Made by a program: the position numbers and the translations under genes
Origin: Candidatus Gottesmanbacteria bacterium
GTDB taxonomy: Bacteria; Patescibacteriota; Microgenomatia; UBA10105; UBA927
DNA: 64,000 nt
Direction of reading: 5' to 3'
Assembly: GCA_963711735.1 (NCBI GenBank)
Contig: CAVQFA010000003.1
Location: forward strand, 375,830-439,829
The notes under the pieces: generated by a model
Told to the model about the DNA's origin: nothing
Databases searched by the model: none
The model's input: only the letters and a program-made list of their open reading frames with translations
Shown here: positions 9,514 to 19,036 of the stretch, piece after piece
How the letters are laid out: each line of letters begins with the position of its first letter
How positions within the stretch are numbered: the stretch's first letter is position 1

Positions 9514-9546
9514 GATTCAGGATTCATGAATCATTAATCCTGAATC
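9514..9546. terminator. Inverted repeat between convergent genes
   Basis: GATTCAGGATT-N11-AATCCTGAATC. Confidence 0.5.
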
Positions 9547-9566
9547 GTAAATCTTATATCTTACTG

Positions 9567-10622
9567 TCACTGGGTCCATTCGGGTGATATTGCGGGAACA
9601 TAACCTACAAAACCGTCATCTCCTTCAAATACAAAAATAGGTTGAAGATACATTTGCGGTTCTAATGTGTCGTAATAGGCGAGGTACACTTTTCTGACGG
9701 TTATAACAGTGCCCTGTGTCGGGTAAGCGGGGATATACCCCCGTCCTTCCTGGAGATCAGTCCATGCTACCGTACTTGTTTTGAGCTTGTACGTAGCAAC
9801 CTGTTTATAATCTACCGGCCAGTATGTGTATCCCAGTTGCAAAAGGTGCTTTTTTTCGTCAGATGACAGGGAAAAGATGCACGAGATAAGGCCTTCTTTT
9901 GTGTACGGGGATACGACCGGAAGACCCCTGACTTGCGCACGGAACAAATCGACACGTACGGCGTCTGTTTCAACAACGCTTTGTGTTTCTACAAGAGTGC
10001 CTCCGGAGTATTTTAGGTATGTTATGACCGAAGGGCCATTTCGGAAATCTTCAGGCATGATGCCGTGTTCCTGGAGAAGTTTCTGTGCTTCCGTTTTTCC
10101 TATACTGGTTGCGTTTATTTGTTTACTTACCCAAAGCGAAGAATCCGTTTCATATGCATACCGGATCATAAAATTATTGGAGACGATGTCATACCGAAGT
10201 ATTCTGCCGGGTATTTCCGGATCATCAAATCTGTAGATATTCCTGCTTTCCTGTATCGGATCAGGTGAGAATTGGAAAGACGCCGCAAAATCTTCGGTTT
10301 TCGTAAGCGCAAGCAGGTTTGGGGAAGACTTAGGCATAAAATAAACCGCAGCAGACTCTGATGCACGGGGTACTGTTCCCTGTATCGTTTCCAGTTTAAA
10401 TGTAAAATTTGCCGACGGGCTGGCAATATTCGGAAACTGAACAGCCGGAAGTTTGCCGAATGCATGATTGGGAGGCGCCGGTTTCGGAGGAAAGATAAAA
10501 AGAAAGATTGCTAAGAGAATTGAGAGGACAATTCTGAGAATGATATACGCTATAATGCCGAGTATCGCATAGACGATACCCTTCCGTGCGTAATAAGCAG
10601 TTTCCGTGAGATTGGTCATCAT
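9567..10622 (-). CDS. Membrane-anchored hypothetical protein
   Basis: 351-aa ORF, single N-terminal TM then a soluble beta-rich domain. Confidence 0.7.
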   Translation of the reverse strand: MMTNLTETAYYARKGIVYAILGIIAYIILRIVLSILLAIFLFIFPPKPAPPNHAFGKLPAVQFPNIASPSANFTFKLETIQGTVPRASESAAVYFMPKSSPNLLALTKTEDFAASFQFSPDPIQESRNIYRFDDPEIPGRILRYDIVSNNFMIRYAYETDSSLWVSKQINATSIGKTEAQKLLQEHGIMPEDFRNGPSVITYLKYSGGTLVETQSVVETDAVRVDLFRAQVRGLPVVSPYTKEGLISCIFSLSSDEKKHLLQLGYTYWPVDYKQVATYKLKTSTVAWTDLQEGRGYIPAYPTQGTVITVRKVYLAYYDTLEPQMYLQPIFVFEGDDGFVGYVPAISPEWTQ

Positions 10623-10708
10623 CTTTGAGTATAAAGTGCATGCGTGTTAGAATCAATAAAGATAACGCATCACCTTCTTATGAATACATATCCGGTTATA
10701 TTTTGTAT

Positions 10709-12094
10709 ATGAAAGTCCGCACACGCATCGCACCATCCCCTACAGGTGAAAATTTACATATAGGAAATGCATATACGGCACTTATCAATTATGTATTTGC
10801 GAAAAAAAATAACGGTCAATTTATTGTCCGTATTGAAGACACGGACAGATCCAGGCTTGTAGAAGGGTCCGAAAAAAGAATCCTTGATTCATTACGATGG
10901 CTTGGGATCATCCATGATGAAGGTCCTGATATAGGAGGTCCGTTTGCCCCATACCGGCAATCCGACCGTTTGCCTCTTTACCGGCGGTACGCTGAAGAAT
11001 TGGTGGTAAATAAACACGCCTATTACTGCTTTTGTACACAGGAGCGCTTGGAGGAAATGAGAAAAACACAGGAAGCAGAGCATAAACCTCCCATGTATGA
11101 CGGAAAATGTAAGGCAATCGACAGTGATGAGGCAGAAACCAGGGTAAAAAAAGGTGAAAAGCATGTTATCCGGCTGAATATCCCGAAGGATGGTGTTACG
11201 AAGTTTCATGATCTTATAAGAGGTGATATCTCATTTGAAAACAAACTTATTGACGATCAGGTGATTCTCAAGTCTGACGGGTATCCTACATATCACCTTG
11301 GCGTTGTCGTAGATGACCATGTTATGGGAATCACGCATATTATACGGGGTGAAGAATGGATATCCTCGACTCCCAAACATATTCTCTTATACGATTTTTT
11401 CAAATGGGACAAGCCCGTATTTGCACACATGCCCTTACTTCGTAATCCCGACAAAAGTAAGTTATCCAAGAGAAAGAATCCCGTATGGGTGTCATGGTAC
11501 AGAAGTGAGGGATTTTTTCCCGAAGCAATCAGGAATTACTTGGCTACTCTTGCGTGGTCGAACCCAAAAGGTTCAGAAGTTTTTTCTACAGATGAAATGA
11601 TTACGTCATTTTCTCTCGATCAAATTCAGACAACCGCACCGATTTTCGACCGGGAAAAATTGCGGTGGATGAACGGGGTATACATAAGAGAAATGCAAAA
11701 ATCGGCAATAAAAAACCAAATTTATCATTTTTTTGATAAGAAATATCCTGAAGCATTGATTGAAAAAGTATTACCGCTTGTTGTTGAGCGCATGAAAACT
11801 CTGAAAGAATTTGCCTCTCTTGCAGGTTTTTTCTTTGAAAGACCCGGGGAGTATGAAAGGACTCCTGATAAAAAACACCTGTCTATCCTGAAAGATATAT
11901 TAGCCGAAAGCGTGTGGACACATGATGCTATGGAACAAACCATCCGGAAAAAGGCAGAAGGATTGGGGATAAAAGCAAAAGATATGTTTATGGATCTGCG
12001 CATTGCAGTGATGGGAAAAACAGTAGGCCCTCCTCTTCTGGAGTCTCTTGAAATTCTGGGGAAAGAAGAAAGCCTTGTGAGATTACGGATTTAA
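10709..12094 (+). CDS. gltX: Glutamyl-tRNA synthetase
   Basis: RTRIAPSPTG, HIGN, RIEDTD, PTYH, RGEEW, KLSKR; start moved to ATG 10709. Confidence 0.97.
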   Translation: MKVRTRIAPSPTGENLHIGNAYTALINYVFAKKNNGQFIVRIEDTDRSRLVEGSEKRILDSLRWLGIIHDEGPDIGGPFAPYRQSDRLPLYRRYAEELVVNKHAYYCFCTQERLEEMRKTQEAEHKPPMYDGKCKAIDSDEAETRVKKGEKHVIRLNIPKDGVTKFHDLIRGDISFENKLIDDQVILKSDGYPTYHLGVVVDDHVMGITHIIRGEEWISSTPKHILLYDFFKWDKPVFAHMPLLRNPDKSKLSKRKNPVWVSWYRSEGFFPEAIRNYLATLAWSNPKGSEVFSTDEMITSFSLDQIQTTAPIFDREKLRWMNGVYIREMQKSAIKNQIYHFFDKKYPEALIEKVLPLVVERMKTLKEFASLAGFFFERPGEYERTPDKKHLSILKDILAESVWTHDAMEQTIRKKAEGLGIKAKDMFMDLRIAVMGKTVGPPLLESLEILGKEESLVRLRI

Positions 12095-12954
12095 TTTAAA
12101 TATTCTATCCAGTGAGGGTCAGTTTCGACTGTCAGATCCAGAAATACCTTACGGTTCCCGGCCACTTCCAGTTCTTTGCGCGCAGCCATGGAGATTTCTT
12201 TTATCATCACTCCGTTTTTTCCGATGATCATCGCTTTATACCTGTCAGCCCCGGTTAATATCCGTGCTTTTACGTACATTGTGTTATTTTCCCTGTTGCT
12301 TATTTCATCAACGATGACCGTCATGGTGTACGGCACTTCCCGTCTGAGATTCAAAAATGCCTTCTCCCGGATGATTTCGGAGATAAACAATCTGCTGTCA
12401 AGGTTTAGACCCGGTTGTACGAGAGTTGTTGTGTCGACGATTGCATCCCTTTCCGGCAGATAGGAAAAAATGAGATCCAGAAGCCTGTTGAGATTGGATC
12501 GTGTCAGTGCTGACACTTCGATGACAGCATCAAATTCACTCTGGAGAAATTTATATTGCACGATATATGTCGGCTTTTTTATATCGATTTTATTTATAAC
12601 CAGTATTTTTTTTGCATTGATTTTCCGCACTATCCCGATTACACGGTTTTCTTCAAAACTCCTGTCCCTCGTATGATCCACCAGATATAATACGATATCT
12701 ATATCCCGCATGAGGCTTTCTTCCGCCTTTGTATTTACCCGTTTTGATGCAGCATCATCGGCATGCGCAAAAACTCCGGGTGTATCGATAAACAGGATTT
12801 GTCCGCGTTCATCCTCAAATACGGCTTCTATGGCAAATCTCGTTGTCTGCGGTTTCGGGGACGTTATGGATACCTTGTGCCCAAGGATATTATTGAGGAG
12901 TGTTGATTTGCCGGAGTTCGGACGCCCAACGAGCGCTACAATACCTGCTTTCAT
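12091..12954 (-). CDS. era: GTPase Era
   Basis: GRPNSGKST, KPQTTR, DTPG, NKID, KH domain IIGKNG; start moved to 12954. Confidence 0.96.
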   Translation of the reverse strand: MKAGIVALVGRPNSGKSTLLNNILGHKVSITSPKPQTTRFAIEAVFEDERGQILFIDTPGVFAHADDAASKRVNTKAEESLMRDIDIVLYLVDHTRDRSFEENRVIGIVRKINAKKILVINKIDIKKPTYIVQYKFLQSEFDAVIEVSALTRSNLNRLLDLIFSYLPERDAIVDTTTLVQPGLNLDSRLFISEIIREKAFLNLRREVPYTMTVIVDEISNRENNTMYVKARILTGADRYKAMIIGKNGVMIKEISMAARKELEVAGNRKVFLDLTVETDPHWIEYLN

Positions 12955-13039
12955 GTGCGTATTGTATACTATTACAGCCTGTCTATGCATATTTGTTGTA
13001 ATGTATTTTAAAGAGTAAAGCTGGTATTTTTTTGTTTGT

Positions 13040-13582
13040 ATGGACAAAAATGAACATTTATCAGATGAATTATTGGTTACCCGCATACAGAACGGGGACA
13101 TTCCGGCATATGAGATACTCGTCCGTCGTTACCAGAATAAACTGCTGCGGTTTGCCCGGCGTATTGTGAATAATACTGAAGATGCGGAAGAGGTCGTGCA
13201 GGATACGTTCATCAATCTGTATAAGACAGTAGAAAGAATTGATACAGCCAAAAAATTTACTTCCTATTTATATACAGTAGCGAAAAATTCCGCAATTTCA
13301 TACGTACGAAAAAGGCACATGCATGTTTCTGTTCAGGATATACCGGAGATTCCGGACGAATCCCTGACACCGGAGGAGTTTACGGAAAAAGCCGTAATCA
13401 AAGAGTCTATAAAAACGTCACTGCATAAGCTTCCCGTTAAATATCGGACCGTTATCTCTCTTTACTATTTCCGCGATTTGTCGTATGAAGAGATTGCCGG
13501 GAAATTGGATATACCGATCAATACTGTACGTACTCATATTAAACGTGCAAAAGAAATGCTTGTTGGGATTATTAAACCATGA
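13040..13582 (+). CDS. ECF-type RNA polymerase sigma factor (SigW/SigE-like)
   Basis: DAEEVVQDTF region 2; LSYEEIAGKLDIPINTVRTHIKRAK region 4. Confidence 0.92.
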   Translation: MDKNEHLSDELLVTRIQNGDIPAYEILVRRYQNKLLRFARRIVNNTEDAEEVVQDTFINLYKTVERIDTAKKFTSYLYTVAKNSAISYVRKRHMHVSVQDIPEIPDESLTPEEFTEKAVIKESIKTSLHKLPVKYRTVISLYYFRDLSYEEIAGKLDIPINTVRTHIKRAKEMLVGIIKP

Positions 13583-14445
13583 ATAACGATGAACTGACAT
13601 CATCAGTCATGAAACGCGTAGTGAGTTTCGAAAAACGGCGCATTTCGCGTTTTTTCATTCTGTTTACATCCGTATTGGCCGGACTTATATTTGTATTTGT
13701 TCTTGTTTCCGCAAGAGTGATTGCGGACCTGAATACACAGGGTTCGTGGGATATTCTGGATTTTTTCCGGGAAGATTGGGAAATTATTTCCGAATTCTGG
13801 CAGGATTCCGTACTCACTTTTCTCATGGAATTTCCTGTTTACAAAGCGATTATTGCCGTAGCATCACTTATATGTATCGGTGTTATTATTCTTGCAACAG
13901 CGCATAAACGTGATAATCTGCAGAAAAAGATTCGCTCAATAGATCTGTCCGGTATACAATATTATAAGGAGGACATGCATATGGCCAAAAATACAATCGT
14001 GAGTGTTGTTATTGTAGTTATTCTTGCACTTGCCGGGTCTTTATTTGTATATATGCAAACAGGGAGGAAGAATACCGTATCAGAAAACAACAAAGGGACT
14101 TTTCCCGCAGAAGAAAGGAGCGGATCTTTGGAGACAGAACCGGTTAATGAATCTCCGGGTACGATATCCACAACCGCACCATCTTCACCAATGACACTTA
14201 CTGTATCATACCCGCTTGACAGGGCAACGGTATCAACCGCCGGAATTACTGTGAAAGGCACGACCTCACCGCAGGCCGAAGTATTTGTGAATGAAACGGA
14301 AGTGGTTGCAAATGCAAACGGTGCTTTTTCGGCATATATTACGCTGGAGGAGGGTGACAACTATATTGTCATCGTTGCAACGGACCAGGACGGTAATTCT
14401 GTTGAAAAAGAGATGACGGTAAATGTCGAAAGCAGTAATGAATAA
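13579..14445 (+). CDS. Membrane protein (putative anti-sigma) fused in frame to a TM-anchored Ig-like domain protein
   Basis: ATGA-coupled to the sigma gene; two TM helices, then a third TM and an Ig-like C-terminus (VKGTT..EVFVN..LEEGDN.IVIVATDQDGN). Confidence 0.65.
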   Translation: MNNDELTSSVMKRVVSFEKRRISRFFILFTSVLAGLIFVFVLVSARVIADLNTQGSWDILDFFREDWEIISEFWQDSVLTFLMEFPVYKAIIAVASLICIGVIILATAHKRDNLQKKIRSIDLSGIQYYKEDMHMAKNTIVSVVIVVILALAGSLFVYMQTGRKNTVSENNKGTFPAEERSGSLETEPVNESPGTISTTAPSSPMTLTVSYPLDRATVSTAGITVKGTTSPQAEVFVNETEVVANANGAFSAYITLEEGDNYIVIVATDQDGNSVEKEMTVNVESSNE

Positions 14446-14472
14446 TGAAACTTTTTCCCTTTGTGGCGCGTA
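14446..14472 (+). promoter_or_regulatory. ECF-sigma-type promoter TGAAAC-N17-CGTA
   Basis: Matches the Bacillus SigW/SigM-type consensus; 23 nt upstream of ATG 14496 with a GAGG SD between. Confidence 0.65.
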
Positions 14473-14495
14473 TTATCTATGAAAGAGAGGAATCT

Positions 14496-15185
14496 ATGAA
14501 TTATATGAAGAAATTTGCAGTTATGACCGTATTAAGTTTTTTTGCTGTTACTCCTGTTGCTGCCGCAACCCAAAACACGATAAGATCCACTGTCCGGGGA
14601 CAGATTAGAGAAAACGTGGCATCCCGCGTAGGAGAACTCAAGAAATTTTTTTCGAGAAAAGCAATAATCAAAGGGAAAGTTATAGCCAAATCCGGAAATG
14701 TTCTGACGGTTGATAAGGACGGTATTTCCTATACTGTTAACGTTGATGCAAATACAAAAATACGGAGACGGTTTTACGGCAAAGCGACACTGGATGACAT
14801 CCTTGTCGGGCACGAAGTGAACGTGTTCGGGAAATGGACCGATGATACACAAAAAACAATTCAGGCTACATTAATCCGTGATATATCCATCCAGAAGAGG
14901 TTTGGGGTTTTTGTCGGCCAGGTGACGGCAATTTCCGGAAACGATATTACGCTCGCGACTGTAAGCCGTGGCACACAAAAGGTTACTGTTTCAGCGTCAA
15001 CTAAGCTCGTGAGCAGAAACATGACACCTATTGTATTATCGGATATCCTTGTAGGGCACCGTATCCGAGTTAAAGGCATGTGGGATCGTGCATTCAATAC
15101 CATTACGGAAGTAACCCAGGTGAAAGATTATAATTTACCTGTACGTCCTACACGCGCACCAACTCCGACAGCAGCTGCTGAGTAG
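14496..15185 (+). CDS. Secreted basic protein with two repeated OB-like beta domains (DUF5666-like)
   Basis: Signal peptide (MKKFAV..VAAA); duplicated G.V.A.SGN..T..DILVGH.(V/I).V.G.W module. Confidence 0.7.
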   Translation: MNYMKKFAVMTVLSFFAVTPVAAATQNTIRSTVRGQIRENVASRVGELKKFFSRKAIIKGKVIAKSGNVLTVDKDGISYTVNVDANTKIRRRFYGKATLDDILVGHEVNVFGKWTDDTQKTIQATLIRDISIQKRFGVFVGQVTAISGNDITLATVSRGTQKVTVSASTKLVSRNMTPIVLSDILVGHRIRVKGMWDRAFNTITEVTQVKDYNLPVRPTRAPTPTAAAE

Positions 15186-15256
15186 CATACAGTTGCAATA
15201 CCTGAATAGTTCCGGATACTTACGGGCGTGAGTCCGAAAAACCGTATTGTATTTTT

Positions 15257-16096
15257 ATGGATAATTACGACATACTTCGTCCTTCTGATATTTCCGATTT
15301 CCGGACAAAAATATTTTCCTGGTGGAAAACCCACAAGCGTGATCTGCCGTGGCGTCATACAAAGGATCCGTATAAGATACTGATTTCAGAGGTCATGCTT
15401 CAGCAGACGCAGGTTTCCCGGGTAGAACCCGTATACAGGAAGTTTATTACAAAATATCCGGATGTGCGGTCTTTATCAAAAGCAACGAAAGGCGATGTGC
15501 TTCGTGCCTGGAAAGGGATGGGTTATAACAGGAGAGCGTTATATTTATTATCAACTGCTATAAAAATAGTAAATTTACACAACGGAATATTTCCAAAGAC
15601 CCAGAAAGAACTAACTCAATTTCCCGGGTTGGGTATATATACTGCCCGGGCAATTATGGTATTTGCGTATAAAAAAGATATTGCCGCAGTAGATGTAAAC
15701 ATAAAAAAGATTATTACAAAATATTTTTTCAATGACCGAATTCCGACGTATGCGGAAATACAGCACGTTGCGGATCAGTTAGTTCCTTCAGGAAAATCAT
15801 GGCAGTGGCATCAGGCACTCATGGATTACGGGAGCCTGGAGATGACAAAACAAATACATAAAAATACGCCGAGTCCGTTGAAAAAGCATTCCGTACCGTT
15901 TCGCAAGTCGAAACGGTATATTCGGGGAAAAATAATTGACATACTACGGATTCATTCCATACGGAAAGATACCTTAATGGAAAAATTGCTGAAAATGAGT
16001 GAAAAATCAGAGGAAGAGATCATTGAAATACTTACAAATCTTCGTGACGAAGGACTTATCAGCATTAAGGGGAATATTGTTGAACTCCCTGTGTAA
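15257..16096 (+). CDS. mutY: MutY-like HhH-GPD adenine glycosylase (no Fe-S cysteines)
   Basis: RDLPWR..DPY.ILISEVMLQQTQV, W.GMGYNRRA, PGLGIYTA, VDVN. Confidence 0.8.
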   Translation: MDNYDILRPSDISDFRTKIFSWWKTHKRDLPWRHTKDPYKILISEVMLQQTQVSRVEPVYRKFITKYPDVRSLSKATKGDVLRAWKGMGYNRRALYLLSTAIKIVNLHNGIFPKTQKELTQFPGLGIYTARAIMVFAYKKDIAAVDVNIKKIITKYFFNDRIPTYAEIQHVADQLVPSGKSWQWHQALMDYGSLEMTKQIHKNTPSPLKKHSVPFRKSKRYIRGKIIDILRIHSIRKDTLMEKLLKMSEKSEEEIIEILTNLRDEGLISIKGNIVELPV

Positions 16097-16102
16097 TTAT
16101 AT

Positions 16103-17272
16103 TTATTGTCCGAATATATAGAGTTCTTTTTCAGCGCGGGTGACAGCAGTATAAAGCCACCGGCGCCACATTTCATCATCCATTTTCCCGAACCGTTCTT
16201 CAAATAAAATGACCCTCTTTGACTGACTGCCCTGCGCTTTATGAACTGTCAGTGCATATCCGAAATCAAAGAGGTCTCCTTTTACGGTTTCTTTGCGCAT
16301 GTTTGAAAAATTTAATCCGCTTTCAGCATTAAACTGTTGTTTGGAGATGAAACCGCGATAATGTCCAACTTCTCCGTCCATGGCAATTTCTGCTTCATAC
16401 CATTCTTTGTCTGCAGATTTTATCCGGACAACGGTTCCGAGCATTCCGTTATAAATATTTTCTTTATGGTTATTTCTCAGACATATAATTCGGTCACCGC
16501 TTGAAGGAGTCTCTGTATCAAATCCGAGAGAATTACGGATATACGCATTCAGTTTTTGTCTCGTACGGTTATATCCGCAAAGGACGAGCGTATCCGGAGT
16601 ATATGATGAAAGCAGCTCCGACATCCGCTCCTGGCCGTCCGGGTCATCATGACCGTATTTAATAACTTTTTGGGAATATTTTCCGGGATCTATTGAGCCT
16701 TTTGTCCGTGCCTGTATGGATATTGCAATGATGGGATTACCTTCTGCCTGTCTGTGTATATGTTCCAGAAGCAAATTCGGTTTTTGCATAAGATTAAACG
16801 AACCCTGTATGGGAGGAAGCTGTCCATGGTCTCCGACAACGATGATAGGAATCCGGTATGACAGGAGGTTTTGCCATATGAGGGCATCAACCATGGATGC
16901 CTCGTCAATAATGATTAAATCCCTGTCGATAGAGTCTTTTGTTTTCCATCCGATGATTTCCCCGTTGTCATTGAGTATCGGGGAATAGATAAGGGAGTGT
17001 ATGGTTCCTATGGTATCCTGTTTATACAGTACGTTCTCCTCCCTGATTTTCCCGTTAAGGACACGTGCAGCTTTGCCGGTATAGCTCGCAAACCCGACCT
17101 TTAATGATGTATTTATTATGTTGAGGTTTTTTCTCAGGACCGCTATGAGTGTAGTTTTACCGGTTCCTGCATATCCGCCGAGCGTGACGTACTGCATGGC
17201 ATGCCGGTCTTTTTTATACCAGATCAGAAGTTCATTGAGCGCTTTTTTCTGATCATCCGAAAGATTCTGCAT
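16103..17272 (-). CDS. SF1B helicase, RecD/Dda-like core only
   Basis: GYAGTGKTT, TGKAA, TIHS, IDEASMV, GDHGQLPP, HRQA, YALTVHKAQGS, YTAVTRA. Confidence 0.9.
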   Translation of the reverse strand: MQNLSDDQKKALNELLIWYKKDRHAMQYVTLGGYAGTGKTTLIAVLRKNLNIINTSLKVGFASYTGKAARVLNGKIREENVLYKQDTIGTIHSLIYSPILNDNGEIIGWKTKDSIDRDLIIIDEASMVDALIWQNLLSYRIPIIVVGDHGQLPPIQGSFNLMQKPNLLLEHIHRQAEGNPIIAISIQARTKGSIDPGKYSQKVIKYGHDDPDGQERMSELLSSYTPDTLVLCGYNRTRQKLNAYIRNSLGFDTETPSSGDRIICLRNNHKENIYNGMLGTVVRIKSADKEWYEAEIAMDGEVGHYRGFISKQQFNAESGLNFSNMRKETVKGDLFDFGYALTVHKAQGSQSKRVILFEERFGKMDDEMWRRWLYTAVTRAEKELYIFGQ

Positions 17273-17321
17273 ACGGAGTAACTATAAAGTATCTGAAGGT
17301 ATGAGTAAATGAATCCCGTTT

Positions 17322-17543
17322 TTATGATTGTTTATTTTTCTTAAAAAAATTTCCGAATATTTCCCTCAGGTCAATGCCGAAGTAGGCCAGAGCTGAGAGG
17401 AAAAGAAATGTAGCGGCTCCTTCATCGAGATTGCCGATAAACGGAATATTGTCAGGAATAAATTCAAACACCCCCATTCCGGGATTGATGAGGTATAGCG
17501 TTGACATTAAACCGATGAATCCTACAAACAATTGTTTGACCAT
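17322..17543 (-). CDS. Small membrane protein, DUF1232/YkvA-like
   Basis: YLINP..FIPDNIPFIGNLDE motif. Confidence 0.75.
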   Translation of the reverse strand: MVKQLFVGFIGLMSTLYLINPGMGVFEFIPDNIPFIGNLDEGAATFLFLSALAYFGIDLREIFGNFFKKNKQS

Positions 17544-17593
17544 TATGCTATATACTATATACTATTCACTCTCATAAAAACAAATAGCACCGT

Positions 17594-18373
17594 ATGTCAG
17601 AACAAGGACAAAATTTATCTTCTGTTGAACACATTCGTCAGATAGTTAAAGATAAATCTTGGTATGGTTTAGGCCCCAAAGGGGAATTTAACTGGGATTT
17701 AAGCGTGCAAAATATTGCAGATACCATCCATAAAGATCCGAAGCTCGTTCACGAAGCTATCGCGAGTGCATTTACTGAAGCATGCTTAAGTTGCGTCCAA
17801 GAGGATGATGGAAACGGAAGTTTTCAACTTGAACCGTTAGTTTCAGTATTGAAAAAAAAGGGAATTCCGTATTATGTATGGACAGTTGGGGATAAAGATT
17901 GGCAAAAAATAAAATTTGAGAGATCTACAGCGTCAGAATATGTTGATGATGAACATTTTATTTCCTGCGGATCAAATAAAGTTGAAAGATTGAGACAATT
18001 ATTACTAACAATACCTGTTGATGAGGTAAAAAATACTTTAACGCACGTTATTGCAGTTGACGATAAAGATCATATTCTTTATGAAGTTATGCAACTATCT
18101 GATAGCGTTCTTCCTCATGTCATTCTTCATAATTATCATATGAAGTTATCTGATCCTCGTGCAAATCCGACTGCATTTATTTCTCATTTACACAGGATGA
18201 TGAATGAACACCAAAACGAAAAATTTATTATTTTTTTGGATTTTGACGGAGTGGTTGCTGATACAGATTCGGTATTATTCAACCAAGCGTCAGAAAACCT
18301 TGCGGTTCTCCGAGGTGCTATAATCCTAAATCCGGCGCTATTTTTTGCATTGCGGCAAGACAGATTTCGATAA
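17594..18373 (+). CDS. HAD-superfamily hydrolase-like protein with motif I at the C-terminus
   Basis: WTVGD..Q..K (II), NK (III), VIAVDDK (IV), then IIFLDFDGVVADTD (I). Confidence 0.6.
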   Translation: MSEQGQNLSSVEHIRQIVKDKSWYGLGPKGEFNWDLSVQNIADTIHKDPKLVHEAIASAFTEACLSCVQEDDGNGSFQLEPLVSVLKKKGIPYYVWTVGDKDWQKIKFERSTASEYVDDEHFISCGSNKVERLRQLLLTIPVDEVKNTLTHVIAVDDKDHILYEVMQLSDSVLPHVILHNYHMKLSDPRANPTAFISHLHRMMNEHQNEKFIIFLDFDGVVADTDSVLFNQASENLAVLRGAIILNPALFFALRQDRFR

Positions 18374-18914
18374 ATTTTTCAAGCGGAATATTGAGTCCTT
18401 CTTCTTTGCTGCACAGAGCTACTTCATCTCGCCTCGTTCCTGCCGCGAAATTCGGTTGCTTAAGGAACCGCTTGAGTACGGATGATGTTTTTACCTCAGC
18501 TAGTTTTTTCGTCGGATAAATAAGGGCTACAGCCGTGATAAGTCCGGTTAAGCTGTCTGCACAAAATATCGTCCAATCGGCCTGGGAAACAGGATTTATT
18601 CCCGAGTGTTTTGCCGCGTGTGCCTGGATAATTCTGTGTACGGCATCAGATATGGTCAGTCCGTACTTTGCCAGCGCCTCTCTTGTTTTATGAGGATGAT
18701 CGTCTTTAAACTCTCCGGAGTAATCTATGTCATGGATAAGTCCTGCCAAAAGCCAGTCTTCTTTTATCGGCTCATCGGGACGGAATTGCCCGTTTGATTT
18801 TAGGTACTCGTATACACCGTCCATGCATGCTTCAACGGCAAGCGAGTGCCGGAAAATATTTATCTCAAGTTGTGTTTTTATGGCATCGAGATACTTTTGC
18901 CGGTTATAATCCAT
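18318..18914 (-). CDS. HD-domain metal-dependent phosphohydrolase
   Basis: RHSLAVEACM, GLIHDIDY, AH, DSLTGLI, FAAG motifs. Confidence 0.85.
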   Translation of the reverse strand: MDYNRQKYLDAIKTQLEINIFRHSLAVEACMDGVYEYLKSNGQFRPDEPIKEDWLLAGLIHDIDYSGEFKDDHPHKTREALAKYGLTISDAVHRIIQAHAAKHSGINPVSQADWTIFCADSLTGLITAVALIYPTKKLAEVKTSSVLKRFLKQPNFAAGTRRDEVALCSKEEGLNIPLEKFIEICLAAMQKIAPDLGL

Positions 18915-19036
18915 ATATATATACAGTGATCAGTATTATAAATCTTCATTGAATATTGTCATATAAGCATTGTTATTGCCGGAAAAGGTCATCAGTGGAT
19001 ATAATATCTTTTTATTGTATAATAAGATGTTTAATT

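Noticed and set aside
16103-18914. Anti-phage defence island (helicase, HAD, HD genes)
   Set aside because: Genes are on mixed strands with separate promoters and match no defence architecture I can support
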